DNA from: Antedon mediterranea
Taxonomy: Eukaryota; Animalia; Echinodermata
Direction: 5' to 3'
Assembly: GCF_964355755.1 (NCBI RefSeq)
Contig: NC_092676.1
Span: 13,130,771 to 13,194,770, forward strand
DNA: 64,000 nucleotides
Shown piece after piece: positions 39,618 through 54,319 of this stretch. The first letter of the stretch is position 1; each line of letters begins with the position of its first letter. The notes below the pieces were generated by a model, which did not search any database, had not been told where the DNA came from, and worked only from the letters and a program-made list of their open reading frames with translations. The translations under genes and the position numbers were made by a program.

Positions 39618-41454
39618 TTGTGCATTTCGAAAAAATTTGTTAACATAAAAAGACCAAAGTGTTTAGATTATCTCCAAATCGCATTTGGAGACGTTTTAGA
39701 CCATTTTGTGTTTTTCGAAAAAACTTTTCACACAAAAACATCAAAGTGTACAAAATTGCTTCAAATCGCATTTAGAGAGGTTTTAGACCATTTTGTGCAT
39801 TTCGATAAAACTTTTCACACAAAAACATCAAAGTGCACAGAATATCTTAATACCGTGTCTGAAATCGTTTTAAACCATTTTGAGCATGTCGATAAAACTT
39901 TTCACACAAAAACATCAAAGTGCACAGAATATCTTCAAATCGCATTTAGAGACGTTTTAGACCATTTTGTGCATTTCGAAAAAATTTGTTAAGATAAAAA
40001 GACCAAAGTGTTTAGAATATCTCCAAATCGCATTTGGAGACGTTTTAGACCATTTTGTGCATTTCGATGAAACTTGGTTACACAAAAACATCAAAGTGCT
40101 TAAAATCACATTTGAAACCGTTTTAGAGCATTTTGAGCATTTCGATAAAACTTTTCACACAAAAACATCAAAGTGTACAAAATAGCTTCAAATCACATTT
40201 GAAACCGTTTTAGACCATTTTGAGCATTTCGATAAAACTTTTCACACAAAAACATCAAAGTGTACAGAATAGCTTCAAATCGCATTTGGAGACGTTTTAG
40301 ACCATTTTGTGCATTTCGATGAAACTTGGTTACACAAAAACATCAAAGTGCTTAAAATCACATTTGAAACCGTTTTAGAGCATTTTTAACATTTCGATAA
40401 TACTTTTCACACAAAAACATCAAATTGCACAAAATAGCTTCAAATCACATTTGGAGACGTTTTAGACCATTTTGTGCATTTCGATGAAACTTGGTTACAC
40501 AAAAACATCAAAGTGCTTAAAATCACATTTGAAACCGTTTTAGAGCATTTTGAGCATTTCGATAAAACTTTTCACACAAAAAAATCAAACTGCACAAAAT
40601 AGCTTCAAATCGTATTTGGAGAGGTTTTAGACCATTTTGTGCATTTCGATAAAACTTTTCACACAAAAACATCAAAGTGTACAAAATAGCTTCAAATCGC
40701 ATTTAGAGACGTTTTAGACCATTTTGTGCATTTCGATAAAACTTTTCACACAAAAACATCAAATTGCACAAAATAGCTTAATATCGTGTTTGAAAACGTT
40801 TTAAACCATTTTGAGCATGTCGATAAAACTTTTCACAAAAAAATATCAAAGTGCACAGAATATCTTCAAATCGCATTTAGAGACGTTTTAGACCATTTTG
40901 TGCATTTCGATGAAACTTGGTTACACAAAAACATCAAAGTGCTTAAAATCACATTTAAAACCGTTTTAGAGCGTTTTGAGCATTTCGATAAACTTTTTAC
41001 ACAAAAACATCAAAGTGCACAAAATAGCTTCAAATCGCATTTAGAGATGTTTTAGACCATTTTGTGCATTTCGATAAAACTTTTCACACAAAAACATCAA
41101 ATTGCACAAAATAGCTTAATACCGTGTTTGAAATCATTTTAAACCATTTTGAGCATGTCGATAAAACTTTTCACACAAAAACATCAAAGTGCACAGAATA
41201 TCTTCAAATCGCATTTAGAGACGTTTTAGACCATTTTGTGCATTTCGAAAAAATTTGTTAACATAAAAAGACCAAAGTGTTTAGAATATCTCCAAATCGC
41301 ATTTGGAGACGTTTTAGACCATTTTGTGCATTTCGATGAAACTTGGTTACACAAAAACATCAAAGTGCTTAAAATCACATTTGAAACCGTTTTAGAGCAT
41401 TTTGAGCATTTCGATAAAACTTTTCACACAAAAACATCAAAGTGTACAAAATAG
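39618..41454 (+). repeat. ~1.9 kb module repeated at 59499-61335
   Basis: ORF starts 39618, 39967, 40786 and 41236 recur at +19881. The marker AAAATCAAACTGCAC occurs at ~40582 and ~60463, and also at ~3762. Confidence 0.85.
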
Positions 41455-41548
41455 CTTCAAATCGCATTTAGAGACGTTTTAGACCATTTTTTGCATTTCG
41501 ATGAAACTTGGTTACACAAAAACATCAAAGTGCTTAAAATCACATTTA

Positions 41549-44500
41549 AAACCGTTTTAGAGCATTTTTAGCATTTCGATAAAACTTTTCACACAAAAAC
41601 ATCAAAGTGTACAAAATAGCTTCAAATCGCATTTAGAGAGGTTTTAGAAAATTTTGTGCATTTCGATAAAACTTCTCACACAAAAACATCAAAGTGTACA
41701 AAATAGCTTCAAATTGCATTTAGAGACGTTTTAGACCATTTTGTGCATTTCGATAAAACTTTTCACACAAAAACATCAAATTGCACAAAATCGTTTTAAA
41801 CCATTTTAAATCGTTTTAAACCATTTTGAGCATTTCGATAAAACTTTTCACAAAAAACATCAAAGTGTTTAGAATATCTTCAAATCACATTTGGAGACGT
41901 TTTAGACCATTTTTTGCATTTCGATGAAACTTGGTTACACAAAAACATCAAAGTGCTTAAAATCACATTTGAAACCGTTTTAGAGCATTTTGAGCATTTC
42001 GATAAAACTTTTCACACAAAAACATCAAAGTGTACAAAATAGCTTCAAATCGCATTTAGAGACGTTTTAGACCATTTTGTGCATTTCGAAAAAATTTGTT
42101 AACATAAAAAGACCAAAGTGTTTAGAATATCTCCAAATCGCATTTGGAGACGTTTTAGACCATTTTGTGCATTTCGATGAAACTTGGTTACACAAAAACA
42201 TCAAAGTGCTTAAAATCACATTTGAAACCGTTTTAGAGCATTTTTAGCATTTCGATAATACTTTTCACACAAAAACATCAAAGTGTACAAAATAGCTTCA
42301 AATCGCATTTGGAGACGTTTTAGACCATTTTGTGCATTTCGATGAAACTTGGTTACACAAAAACATCAAAGTGCTTAAAATCACATTTGAAACCGTTTTA
42401 GACCATTTTGAGCATTTCGATAAAACTTTTCACACAAAAAAATCAAAGTGCACAAAATAGCTTCAAATCGCATTTGGAGACGTTTTAGACTATTTTGTGC
42501 ATTTTGAAAAAATTTGTTAACATAAAAAGACCAAAGTGTTTAGAATATCTCCAAATCGCATTTGGAGACGTTTTAAACCATTTTGTGCATTTCGATGGAA
42601 CTTGGTTACACAAAAACATCAAAGTGCTTAAAATCACATTTAAAACCGTTTTAGAGCATTTTGAGCATTTCGATAAAACTTTTCACACAAAAACATCAAA
42701 GTGTACAAAATAGCTTCAAATCGCATTTAGAGAGGTTTTAGACCATTTTGTGCATTTCGATAAAACTTTTCACACAAAAACATCAAAGTGTACAAAATAG
42801 CTTCAAATCGCATTTAGAGACGTTTTAGACCATTTTGTGCATTTCGATAAAACTTTTCACACAAAAACATCAAATTGCACAAAATAGCTTAATACCGTGT
42901 TTGAAATCGTTTTAAACCATTTTGAGCATGTCGATAAAACTTTTCACAAAAAAACATCAAAGTGCACAGAATAGCTTCAAATCGCATTTGGAGACGTTTT
43001 AAACCATTTTGAGCATTTCGATAAAACTTTTCACACAAAAACATCAAAGTGTACAAAATAGCTTCAAATCGCATTTAGAGAGGTTTTAGACCATTTTGTG
43101 CATTTCGATAAAACTTTTCACACAAAAACATCAAATTGCACAAAATAGCTTAATATCGTGTTTGAAAACGTTTTAAACCATTTTGAGCATGTCGATAAAA
43201 CTTTTCACACAAAAATATCAAAGCGCACAGAATATCTTCAAATCGCATTTAGAGACGTTTTAGACCATTTTGTGCATTTCGAAAAAATTTGTTAACATAA
43301 AAAGACCAAAGTGTTTAGAATATCTCCAAATCGCATTTGGAGACGTTTTAGACCATTTTGTGCATTTCGATGAAACTTGGTTACACAAAAACATCAAAGT
43401 GCTTAAAATCACATTTAAAACCGTTTTAGAGCGTTTTGAGCATTTCGATAAACTTTTCACACAAAAACATCAAAGTGCACAAAATAGCTTCAAATCGCAT
43501 TTAGAGATGTTTTAGACCATTTTGTGCATTTCGATAAAACTTTTCACACAAAAACATCAAATTGCACAAAATAGCTTAATACCGTGTTTGAAATCGTTTT
43601 AAACCATTTTGAGCATGTCGATAAAACTTTTCACACAAAAACATCAAAGTGTACAAAATAGCTTCAAATCGCATTTAGAGAGGTTTTAGACCATTTTGTG
43701 CATTTCGATAAAACTTTTCACACAAAAACATCAAAGTGTACAAAATAGCTTCAAATCGCATTTGGAGACGTTTTAGACCATTTTGTGCATTTCGATGAAA
43801 CTTGGTAACACAAAAACATCAAAGTGCTTAAAATTACATTTGAAAGCGTTTTAGAGCATTTTGAGCATTTCGATAATACTTTTCACACAAAAACATCAAA
43901 GTGTACAAAATAGCTTCAAATCGCATTTGGAGACGTTTTAGACCATTTTGTGCATTTCGATGAAACTTGGTTACACAAAAACATCAAAGTGCTTAAAATC
44001 ACATTTGAAACCGTTTTAGAGCATTTTTAGCATTTCGATAAAACTTTTCACACAAAAACATCAAAGTGTACAAAATAGCTTCAAATCGCATTTAGAGAGG
44101 TTTTAGAAAATTTTGTGCATTTCGATAAAACTTCTCACACAAAAACATCAAAGTGTACAAAATAGCTTCAAATTGCATTTAGAGACGTTTTAGACCATTT
44201 TGTGCATTTCGATAAAACTTTTCACACAAAAACATCAAATTGCACAAAATCGTTTTAAACCATTTTAAATCGTTTTAAACCATTTTGAGCATTTCGATAA
44301 AACTTTTCACAAAAAACATCAAAGTGTTTAGAATATCTTCAAATCACATTTGGAGACGTTTTAGACCATTTTTTGCATTTCGATGAAACTTGGTTACACA
44401 AAAACATCAAAGTGCTTAAAATCACATTTGAAACCGTTTTAGAGCATTTTGAGCATTTCGATAAAACTTTTCACACAAAAACATCAAAGTGTACAAAATA

Positions 44501-46479
44501 GCTTCAAATCGCATTTAGAGACGTTTTAGACCATTTTGTGCATTTCGAAAAAATTTGTTAACATAAAAAGACCAAAGTGTTTAGAATATCTCCAAATCGC
44601 ATTTGGAGACGTTTTAGACCATTTTGTGCATTTCGATGAAACTTGGTTACACAAAAACATCAAAGTGCTTAAAATCACATTTGAAACCGTTTTAGAGCAT
44701 TTTTAGCATTTCGATAATACTTTTCACACAAAAACATCAAAGTGTACAAAATAGCTTCAAATCGCATTTGGAGACGTTTTAGACCATTTTGTGCATTTCG
44801 ATGAAACTTGGTTACACAAAAACATCAAAGTGCTTAAAATCACATTTGAAACCGTTTTAGACCATTTTGAGCATTTCGATAAAACTTTTCACACAAAAAA
44901 ATCAAAGTGCACAAAATAGCTTCAAATCGCATTTGGAGACGTTTTAGACTATTTTGTGCATTTTGAAAAAATTTGTTAACATAAAAAGACCAAAGTGTTT
45001 AGAATATCTCCAAATCGCATTTGGAGACGTTTTAAACCATTTTGTGCATTTCGATGGAACTTGGTTACACAAAAACATCAAAGTGCTTAAAATCACATTT
45101 AAAACCGTTTTAGAGCATTTTGAGCATTTCGATAAAACTTTTCACACAAAAACATCAAAGTGTACAAAATAGCTTCAAATCGCATTTAGAGAGGTTTTAG
45201 ACCATTTTGTGCATTTCGATAAAACTTTTCACACAAAAACATCAAAGTGTACAAAATAGCTTCAAATCGCATTTAGAGACGTTTTAGACCATTTTGTGCA
45301 TTTCGATAAAACTTTTCACACAAAAACATCAAATTGCACAAAATAGCTTAATACCGTGTTTGAAATCGTTTTAAACCATTTTGAGCATGTCGATAAAACT
45401 TTTCACAAAAAAACATCAAAGTGCACAGAATAGCTTCAAATCGCATTTGGAGACGTTTTAAACCATTTTGAGCATTTCGATAAAACTTTTCACACAAAAA
45501 CATCAAAGTGTACAAAATAGCTTCAAATCGCATTTAGAGAGGTTTTAGACCATTTTGTGCATTTCGATAAAACTTTTCACACAAAAACATCAAATTGCAC
45601 AAAATAGCTTAATATCGTGTTTGAAAACGTTTTAAACCATTTTGAGCATGTCGATAAAACTTTTCACACAAAAATATCAAAGCGCACAGAATATCTTCAA
45701 ATCGCATTTAGAGACGTTTTAGACCATTTTGTGCATTTCGAAAAAATTTGTTAACATAAAAAGACCAAAGTGTTTAGAATATCTCCAAATCGCATTTGGA
45801 GACGTTTTAGACCATTTTGTGCATTTCGATGAAACTTGGTTACACAAAAACATCAAAGTGCTTAAAATCACATTTAAAACCGTTTTAGAGCGTTTTGAGC
45901 ATTTCGATAAACTTTTCACACAAAAACATCAAAGTGCACAAAATAGCTTCAAATCGCATTTAGAGATGTTTTAGACCATTTTGTGCATTTCGATAAAACT
46001 TTTCACACAAAAACATCAAATTGCACAAAATAGCTTAATACCGTGTTTGAAATCGTTTTAAACCATTTTGAGCATGTCGATAAAACTTTTCACACAAAAA
46101 CATCAAAGTGTACAAAATAGCTTCAAATCGCATTTAGAGAGGTTTTAGACCATTTTGTGCATTTCGATAAAACTTTTCACACAAAAACATCAAAGTGTAC
46201 AAAATAGCTTCAAATCGCATTTGGAGACGTTTTAGACCATTTTGTGCATTTCGATGAAACTTGGTTACACAAAAACATCAAAGTGCTTAAAATTACATTT
46301 GAAAGCGTTTTAGAGCATTTTGAGCATTTCGATAATACTTTTCACACAAAAACATCAAAGTGTACAAAATAGCTTCAAATCGCATTTGGAGACGTTTTAG
46401 ACCATTTTGTGCATTTCGATGAAACTTGGTTACACAAAAACATCAAAGTGCTTAAAATCACATTTGAAACCGTTTTAGA
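41549..46479 (+). repeat. Local tandem duplication, 2459 bp period
   Basis: ORF starts 42495/44954, 42889/45348 and 43270/45729 are all +2459. The private marker TTTTAGAAAATTTTG occurs at ~41642 and ~44101. Confidence 0.92.
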
Positions 46480-46998
46480 CCATTTTGAGCGTTTCGATAA
46501 AACTTTTCACACAAAAACATCAAAGTGCACAAAATAGCTTCAAATCGCATTTGGAGACGTTTTAGACTATTTTGTGCATTTCGAAAAAATTTGTTAACAT
46601 AAAAAGACCAAAGTGTTTAGAATATCTCCAAATCGCATTTGGAGACGTTTTAAACCATTTTGTGCATTTCGATGGAACTTGGTTACACAAAAACATCAAA
46701 GTGCTTAAAATCACATTTAAAACCGTTTTAGAGCATTTTGAGCATTTCGATAAAACTTTTCACACAAAAACATCAAAGTGTACAAAATAGCTTCAAATCG
46801 CATTTAGAGACGTTTTAGACCATTTTGTGCATTTTGTTAAAACTTTTCACACAAAAACATCAAATTGCACAAAATAGCTTAATATTGTGTTTGAAAACGT
46901 TTTAAACCATTTTGAGCATGTCGATAAAACTTTTCACACAAAAATATCAAAGTGCCCAGAATATCTTCAAATCGCATTTAGAGACGTTTTAGACCATT

Positions 46999-49320
46999 TT
47001 GTGCATTTCGAAAAAATTTGTTAACATAAAAAGACCAAAGTGTTTAGAATATCTCCAAATCGCATTTGGAGACGTTTTAGACCATTTTGTGTTTTTCGAA
47101 AAAACTTTTCACACAAAAACATCAAAGTGTACAAAATTCCTTCAAATCGCATTTGGAGACGTTTTAGACCATTTTGTGATTTTCGAAAAACTTTTCACAC
47201 AAAAACATCAAAGTGTAGAAAATTGCTTCAAATCGCATTTAGAGATGTTTTAGACCATTTTGTGCATTTCGAAAAAATTTGTTAACATAAAAAGACCAAA
47301 GTGTTTAGAATATCTCCAAATCGCATTTGGAGACGTTTTAGACCATTTTGTGCATTTCGATGACACTTGGTTACACAAAAACATCAAAGTGCTTAAAATC
47401 ACATTTAAAACCGTTTTAGAGCGTTTTGAGCATTTCGATAAACTTTTCAAACAAAAACATCAAAGTGTACAAAATAGCTTCAAATCGTATTTGGAGACGT
47501 TTTAGACCATTTTGTGCGTTTCGATGAATCTTGGTTACACAAAAACATCAAAGTGCTTAAAATCAAATTTAAAACCGTTTTAGTGCATTTTGAGCATTTC
47601 GATAAAACTTTTCACACAAAAACATCAAAGTGCACAAAATAACTTCAAATCGCATTTAGAGATGTTTTAGACCATTTTGTGCGTTTCGATAAAACTTTTC
47701 ACACAAAAACATCAAATTGCACAAAATAGCTTAATATCGTGTTTGAAAACGTTTTAGACCATTTTGAGCATGTCGATAAAACTTTTCACACAAAAACATA
47801 AAAGTGCACAGAATAGCTTCAAATCGCATTTGGAGACGTTTTAGACCATTTTGTGCATTTCAAAAAAACTTTTTAACATAAAAACACCAAAGTGCTTAGA
47901 ATAGCTTCAAATCGCATTTGGAGACGTTTTAGACCATTTTGTGCATTTCGATGAAACTTGGTTACACAAAAACATCAAAGTGCTTAAAATCACATTTGAA
48001 ACCGTTTTAGAGCATTTTGAGCATTTCGATAAAACTTTTCACACAAAAACATCAAAGTGTACAAAATAGCTTCAAATCACATTTGAAACCGTTTTAGACC
48101 ATTTTGAGCATTTCGATAAAACTTTTCACACAAAAACATCAAAGTGTACAAAATAGCTTCAAATCGCATTTGGAGACGTTTTAGACCATTTTGTGCATTT
48201 CGATGAAACTTGGTTACACAAAAACATCAAAGTGCTTAAAATCACATTTGAAACCGTTTTAGACCATTTTGAGCGTTTCGATAAAACTTTTCACACAAAT
48301 AAATCAGAGTGCACAAAATAGCTTCAAATCGCATTTGGAGACGTTTTAGACTATTTTGTGCATTTCGAAAAAATTTGTTAACATAAAAAGACCAAAGTGT
48401 TTAGAATATCTCCAAATCGCATTTGGAGACGTTTTAAACCATTTTGTGCATTTCGATGGAACTTGGTTACACAAAAACATCAAAGTGCTTAAAATCACAT
48501 TTAAAACCGTTTTAGAGCATTTTGAGCATTTCGATAAAACTTTTCACACAAAAACATCAAAGTGTACAAAATAGCTTCAAATCGCATTTAGAGACGTTTT
48601 AGACCATTTTGTGCATTTTGATAAAACTTTTCACACAAAAACATCAAATTGCACAAAATAGCTTAATATTGTGTTTGAAAACGTTTTAAACCATTTTGAG
48701 CATGTCGATAAAACTTTTCACACAAAAATATCAAAGTGCCCAGAATATCTTCAAATCGCATTTAGAGACGTTTTAGACCATTTTGTGCATTTCGAAAAAA
48801 TTTGTTAACATAAAAAGACCAAAGTGTTTAGATTATCTCCAAATCGCATTTGGAGACGTTTTAGACCATTTTGTGTTTTTCGAAAAAACTTTTCACACAA
48901 AAACATCAAAGTGTACAAAATTGCTTCAAATCGCATTTAGAGAGGTTTTAGACCATTTTGTGCATTTCGATAAAACTTTTCACACAAAAACATCAAAGTG
49001 CACAGAATATCTTAATACCGTGTCTGAAATCGTTTTAAACCATTTTGAGCATGTCGATAAAACTTTTCACACAAAAACATCAAAGAGCACAGAATATCTT
49101 CAAATCGCATTTAGAGACGTTTTAGACCATTTTGTGCATTTCGAAAAAATTTGTTAACATAAAAAGACCAAAGTGTTTAGAATATCTCCAAATCGCATTT
49201 GGAGACGTTTTAGACCATTTTGTGCATTTCGATGAAACTTGGTTACACAAAAACATCAAAGTGCTTAAAATCACATTTGAAACCGTTTTAGAGCATTTTG
49301 AGCATTTCGATAAAACTTTT
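46999..49320 (+). repeat. Partial (3' part) copy of the 4.1 kb module (boundaries approximate)
   Basis: ORF starts 46999, 47260, 48356, 48783 and 49132 equal 6281, 6542, 7638, 8065 and 8414 plus 40718. Confidence 0.82.
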
Positions 49321-50519
49321 CACACAAAAAAATCAAAGTGCACAAATAGCTTCAAATCGCATTTGGAGAGGTTTTAGACCATTTTGTGCATTTCGATAAA
49401 ACTTTTCACACAAAAACATCAAAGTGTACAAAATAGCTTCAAATCGCATTTAGAGACGTTTTAGACCATTTTGTGCATTTCGATGAAACTTGGTTACACA
49501 AAAACATCAAAGTGCTTAAAATCACATTTAAAACCGTTTTAGAGCGTTTTGAGCATTTCGATAAACTTTTTACACAAAAACATCAAAGTGCACAAAATAG
49601 CTTCAAATCGCATTTAGAGATGTTTTAGACCATTTTTTGCATTTCGATAAAATTTTTCACACAAAAACATCAAATTGCACAAAATAGCTTAATACCGTGT
49701 TTGAAATCATTTTAAACCATTTTGAGCATGTCGATAAAACTTTTCACACAAAAACATCAAAGTGCACAGAATATCTTCAAATCGCATTTAGAGACGTTTT
49801 AGACCATTTTGTGCATTTCGAAAAAATTTGTTAACATAAAAAGACAAAAGTGTTTAGAATATCTCCAAATCGCATTTGGAGACGTTTTAGACCATTTTGT
49901 GCATTTCGATGAAACTTGGTTACACAAAAACATCAAAGTGCTTAAAATCACATTTGAAACCGTTTTAGAGCATTTTGAGCATTTCGATAAAACTTTTCAC
50001 ACAAAAACATCAAAGTGTACAAAATAGCTTCAAATCACATTTGAAACCGTTTTAGAGCATTTTGAGCATTTCGATAAAACTTTTCACACAAAAACATCAA
50101 AGTGTACAAAATAGCTTCAAATCACATTTGAAACCGTTTTAGACCATTTTGAGCATTTCGATAAAACTTTTCACACAAAAACATCAAAGTGTACAAAATA
50201 GCTTCAATTCGCATTTGGAGACGTTTTAGACCATTTTGTGCATTTCGATGAAACTTGGTTACACAAAAACATCAAAGTGCTTAAAATCACATTTGAAACC
50301 GTTTTAGAGCATTTTTAGCATTTCGATAATACTTTTCACACAAAAACATCAAAGTGTACAAAATAGCTTCAAATCGCATTTGGAGACGTTTTAGACCATT
50401 TTGTGCATTTCGATGAAACTTGGTTACACAAAAACATCAAAGTGCTTAAAATCACATTTGAAACCGTTTTAGACCATTTTGAGCATTTCGATAAAACTTT
50501 TCACACAAAAAAATCAAAG

Positions 50520-53500
50520 TGCACAAAATAGCTTCAAATCGCATTTGGGGACGTTTTAGACTATTTTGTGCATTTCGAAAAAATTTGTTAACATAAAAAG
50601 ACCAAAGTGTTTAGAATATCTCCAAATCGCATTTGGAGACGTTTTAAACCATTTTGTGCATTTCGATGGAACTTGGTTACACAAAAACATCAAAGTGCTT
50701 AAAATCACATTTAAAACCGTTTTAGAGCATTTTTAGCATTTCGATAAAACTTTTCACACAAAAACATCAAAGTGTACAAAATAGCTTCAAATCGCATTTG
50801 GAGACGTTTTAGACCATTTTGTGCATTTCGATGAAACTTGGTTACACAAAAACATGAAATTGCTTAAAATCACATTTGAAACCGTTTTAGACCATTTTGA
50901 GCATTTCGATAAAACTTTTCACACAAAAAAATCAAAGTGCACAAAATAGCTTCAAATCGCATTTGGAGACGTTTTAGACTATTTTGTGCATTTTGAACAA
51001 ATTTGTTAACATAAAAAGACAAAAGTGTTTAGAATATCTCCAAATCGCATTTGGAGACGTTTTAAACCATTTTGTGCATTTCGATGGAACTTGGTTACAC
51101 AAAAACATCAAAGTGCTTAAAATCACATTTAAAACCGTTTTAGAGCATTTTGAGCATTTCGATAAAACTTTTCACACAAAAACATCAAATTGCACAAAAT
51201 AGCTTAATACCGTGTTTGAAATTGTTTTAAACCATTTTGAGCATGTCGATAAAACTTTACACAAAAAAACATCAAAGTGCACAGAATAGCTTCAAATCGC
51301 ATTTGGAGACGTTTTAAACCATTTTGTGCATTTCAATAAAACTTTTCACATAAAAACAACAAAGTGTACAAAATAGCTTCAAATCGCATTTAGAGACGTT
51401 TTAGACCATTTTGGGCATTTCGATGAAACTTGGTTACACTAATACATAAAAATGCTTAAAATCACATTTCAAACCGTTTTAGAGCATTTTGAGCATTTCG
51501 ATAAAACTTTTCACACAAAAACATCAAAGTGCACAAAATAGCTTCAAATCGCATTTAGAGATGTTTTAGACCATTTTGTGCAATTCGATAAAACTTTTCA
51601 CACAAAAACATCAAATTGCACAAAATAGCTTAATATCGTGTTTGAAAACGTTTTAGACCATTTTGAGCATGTCGATAAAACTTTTCACACAAAAACATAA
51701 AAGTGAACAGAATAGCTTCAAATCGCATTTGGAGACGTTTTAGAGCATTTTGTGCATTTCGATAAAATGTGTTAACATAAAAAGACCAAAGTGTTTAGAA
51801 TAATTATCTTCAAATCACATTTGGAGACGTTTTAGACCATTTTTTGCATTTCGATGAAACTTGGTTACACAAAAACATCAAAGTGCTTAAAATCACATTT
51901 AAAACCGTTTTAGAGCATTTTGAGCATTTCGATAAAACTTTTCACACAAAAACATCAAAGTGTACAAAATAGCTTCAAATCGCATTTAGAGAGGTTTTAG
52001 ACCATTTTGTGCATTTCGATAAAACTTTTCACACAAAAACATCAAAGTGTACAAAATAACTTCAAATCGTATTAAGAGACGTTTTAGACCATTTTGTGCA
52101 TTTTGATAAAACTTTTCACACAAAAACATCAAATTGCACAAAATAGCTTAATATCGTGTTTGAAAACGTTTTAAACCATTTTGAGCATGTCGATAAAACT
52201 TTTCACACAAAAATATCAAAGTGCACAGAATATCTTCAAATCGCATTTAGAGACGTTTTAGACCATTTTGTGCATTTCGAAAAAATTTGTTAACATAAAA
52301 AGACCAAAGTGTTTAGAATATCTCCAAATCGCATTTGGAGACGTTTTAGACCATTTTGTGTTTTTCGAAAAAACTTTTCACACAAAAACATCAAAGTGTA
52401 CAAAATTCCTTCAAATCGCATTTGGAGACGTTTTAGACCATTTTGTGATTTTCGAAAAACTTTTCACACAAAAACATCAAAGTGTAGAAAATTGCTTCAA
52501 ATCGCATTTAGAGATGTTTTAGACCATTTTGTGCATTTCGAAAAAATTTGTTAACATAAAAAGACCAAAGTGTTTAGAATATCTCCAAATCGCATTTGGA
52601 GACGTTTTAGACCATTTTGTGCATTTCGATGACACTTGGTTACACAAAAACATCAAAGTGCTTAAAATCACATTTAAAACCGTTTTAGAGCGTTTTGAGC
52701 ATTTCGATAAACTTTTCAAACAAAAACATCAAAGTGTACAAAATAGCTTCAAATCGTATTTGGAGACGTTTTAGACCATTTTGTGCGTTTTGATGAATCT
52801 TGGTTACACAAAAACATCAAAGTGCTTAAAATCAAATTTAAAACCGTTTTAGTGCATTTTGAGCATTTCGATAAAACTTTTCACACAAAAACATCAAAGT
52901 GCACAAAATAACTTCAAATCGCATTTAGAGATGTTTTAGACCATTTTGTGCGTTTCGATAAAACTTTTCACACAAAAACATCAAATTGCACAAAATAGCT
53001 TAATATCGTGTTTGAAAACGTTTTAGACCATTTTGAGCATGTCGATAAAACTTTTCACACAAAAACATAAAAGTGCACAGAATAGCTTCAAATCGCATTT
53101 GGAGACGTTTTAGACCATTTTGTGCATTTCGAAAAAACTTTTTAACATAAAAACACCAAAGTGCTTAGAATAGCTTCAAATCGCATTTGGAGACGTTTTA
53201 GACCATTTTGTGCATTTCGATGAAACTTGGTTACACAAAAACATCAAAGTGCTTAAAATCACATTTGAAACCGTTTTAGAGCATTTTGAGCATTTCGATA
53301 AAACTTTTCACACAAAAACATCAAAGTGTACAAAATAGCTTCAAATCACATTTGAAACCGTTTTAGACCATTTTGAGCATTTCGATAAAACTTTTCACAC
53401 AAAAACATCAAAGTGTACAAAATAGCTTCAAATCGCATTTGGAGACGTTTTAGACCATTTTGTGCATTTCGATGAAACTTGGTTACACAAAAACATCAAA

Positions 53501-53800
53501 GTGCTTAAAATCACATTTGAAACCGTTTTAGACCATTTTGAGCGTTTCGATAAAACTTTTCACACAAATAAATCAGAGTGCACAAAATAGCTTCAAATCG
53601 CATTTGGAGACGTTTTAGACTATTTTGTGCATTTCGAAAAAATTTGTTAACATAAAAAGACCAAAGTGTTTAGAATATCTCCAAATCGCATTTGGAGACG
53701 TTTTAAACCATTTTGTGCATTTCGATGGAACTTGGTTACACAAAAACATCAAAGTGCTTAAAATCACATTTAAAACCGTTTTAGAGCATTTTGAGCATGT
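50520..53800 (+). repeat. Copy of the 4.1 kb module, 3' truncated (boundaries approximate)
   Basis: ORF starts 50984, 52268, 52529 and 53625 match 5002, 6281, 6542 and 7638 at +45982 to +45987. Confidence 0.82.
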
Positions 53801-54319
53801 CGATAAAACTTTTCACACAAAAACATCAAAGTGCACAGAATATCTTCAAATCGCATTTAGAGACGTTTTAGACCATTTTGTGCATTTCGAAAAAATTTGT
53901 TAACATAAAAAGACCAAAGTGTTTAGAATATCTCCAAATCGCATTTGGAGACGTTTTAGACCATTTTGTGCATTTCGATGAAACTTGGTTACACAAAAAC
54001 ATCAAAGTGCTTAAAATCACATTTGAAACCGTTTTAGAGCATTTTGAGCATTTCGATAAAACTTTTCACACAAAAACATCAAAGTGTACAAAATAGCTTC
54101 AAATCGCATTTAGAGACGTTTTAGACCATTTTTTGCATTTCGATGAAACTTGGTTACACAAAAACATCAAAGTGCTTAAAATCACATTTAAAACCGTTTT
54201 AGAGCATTTTTAGCATTTCGATAAAACTTTTCACACAAAAACATCAAAGTGTACAAAATAGCTTCAAATCGCATTTAGAGAGGTTTTAGACAATTTTGTG
54301 CATTTCGATAAAACTTCTC

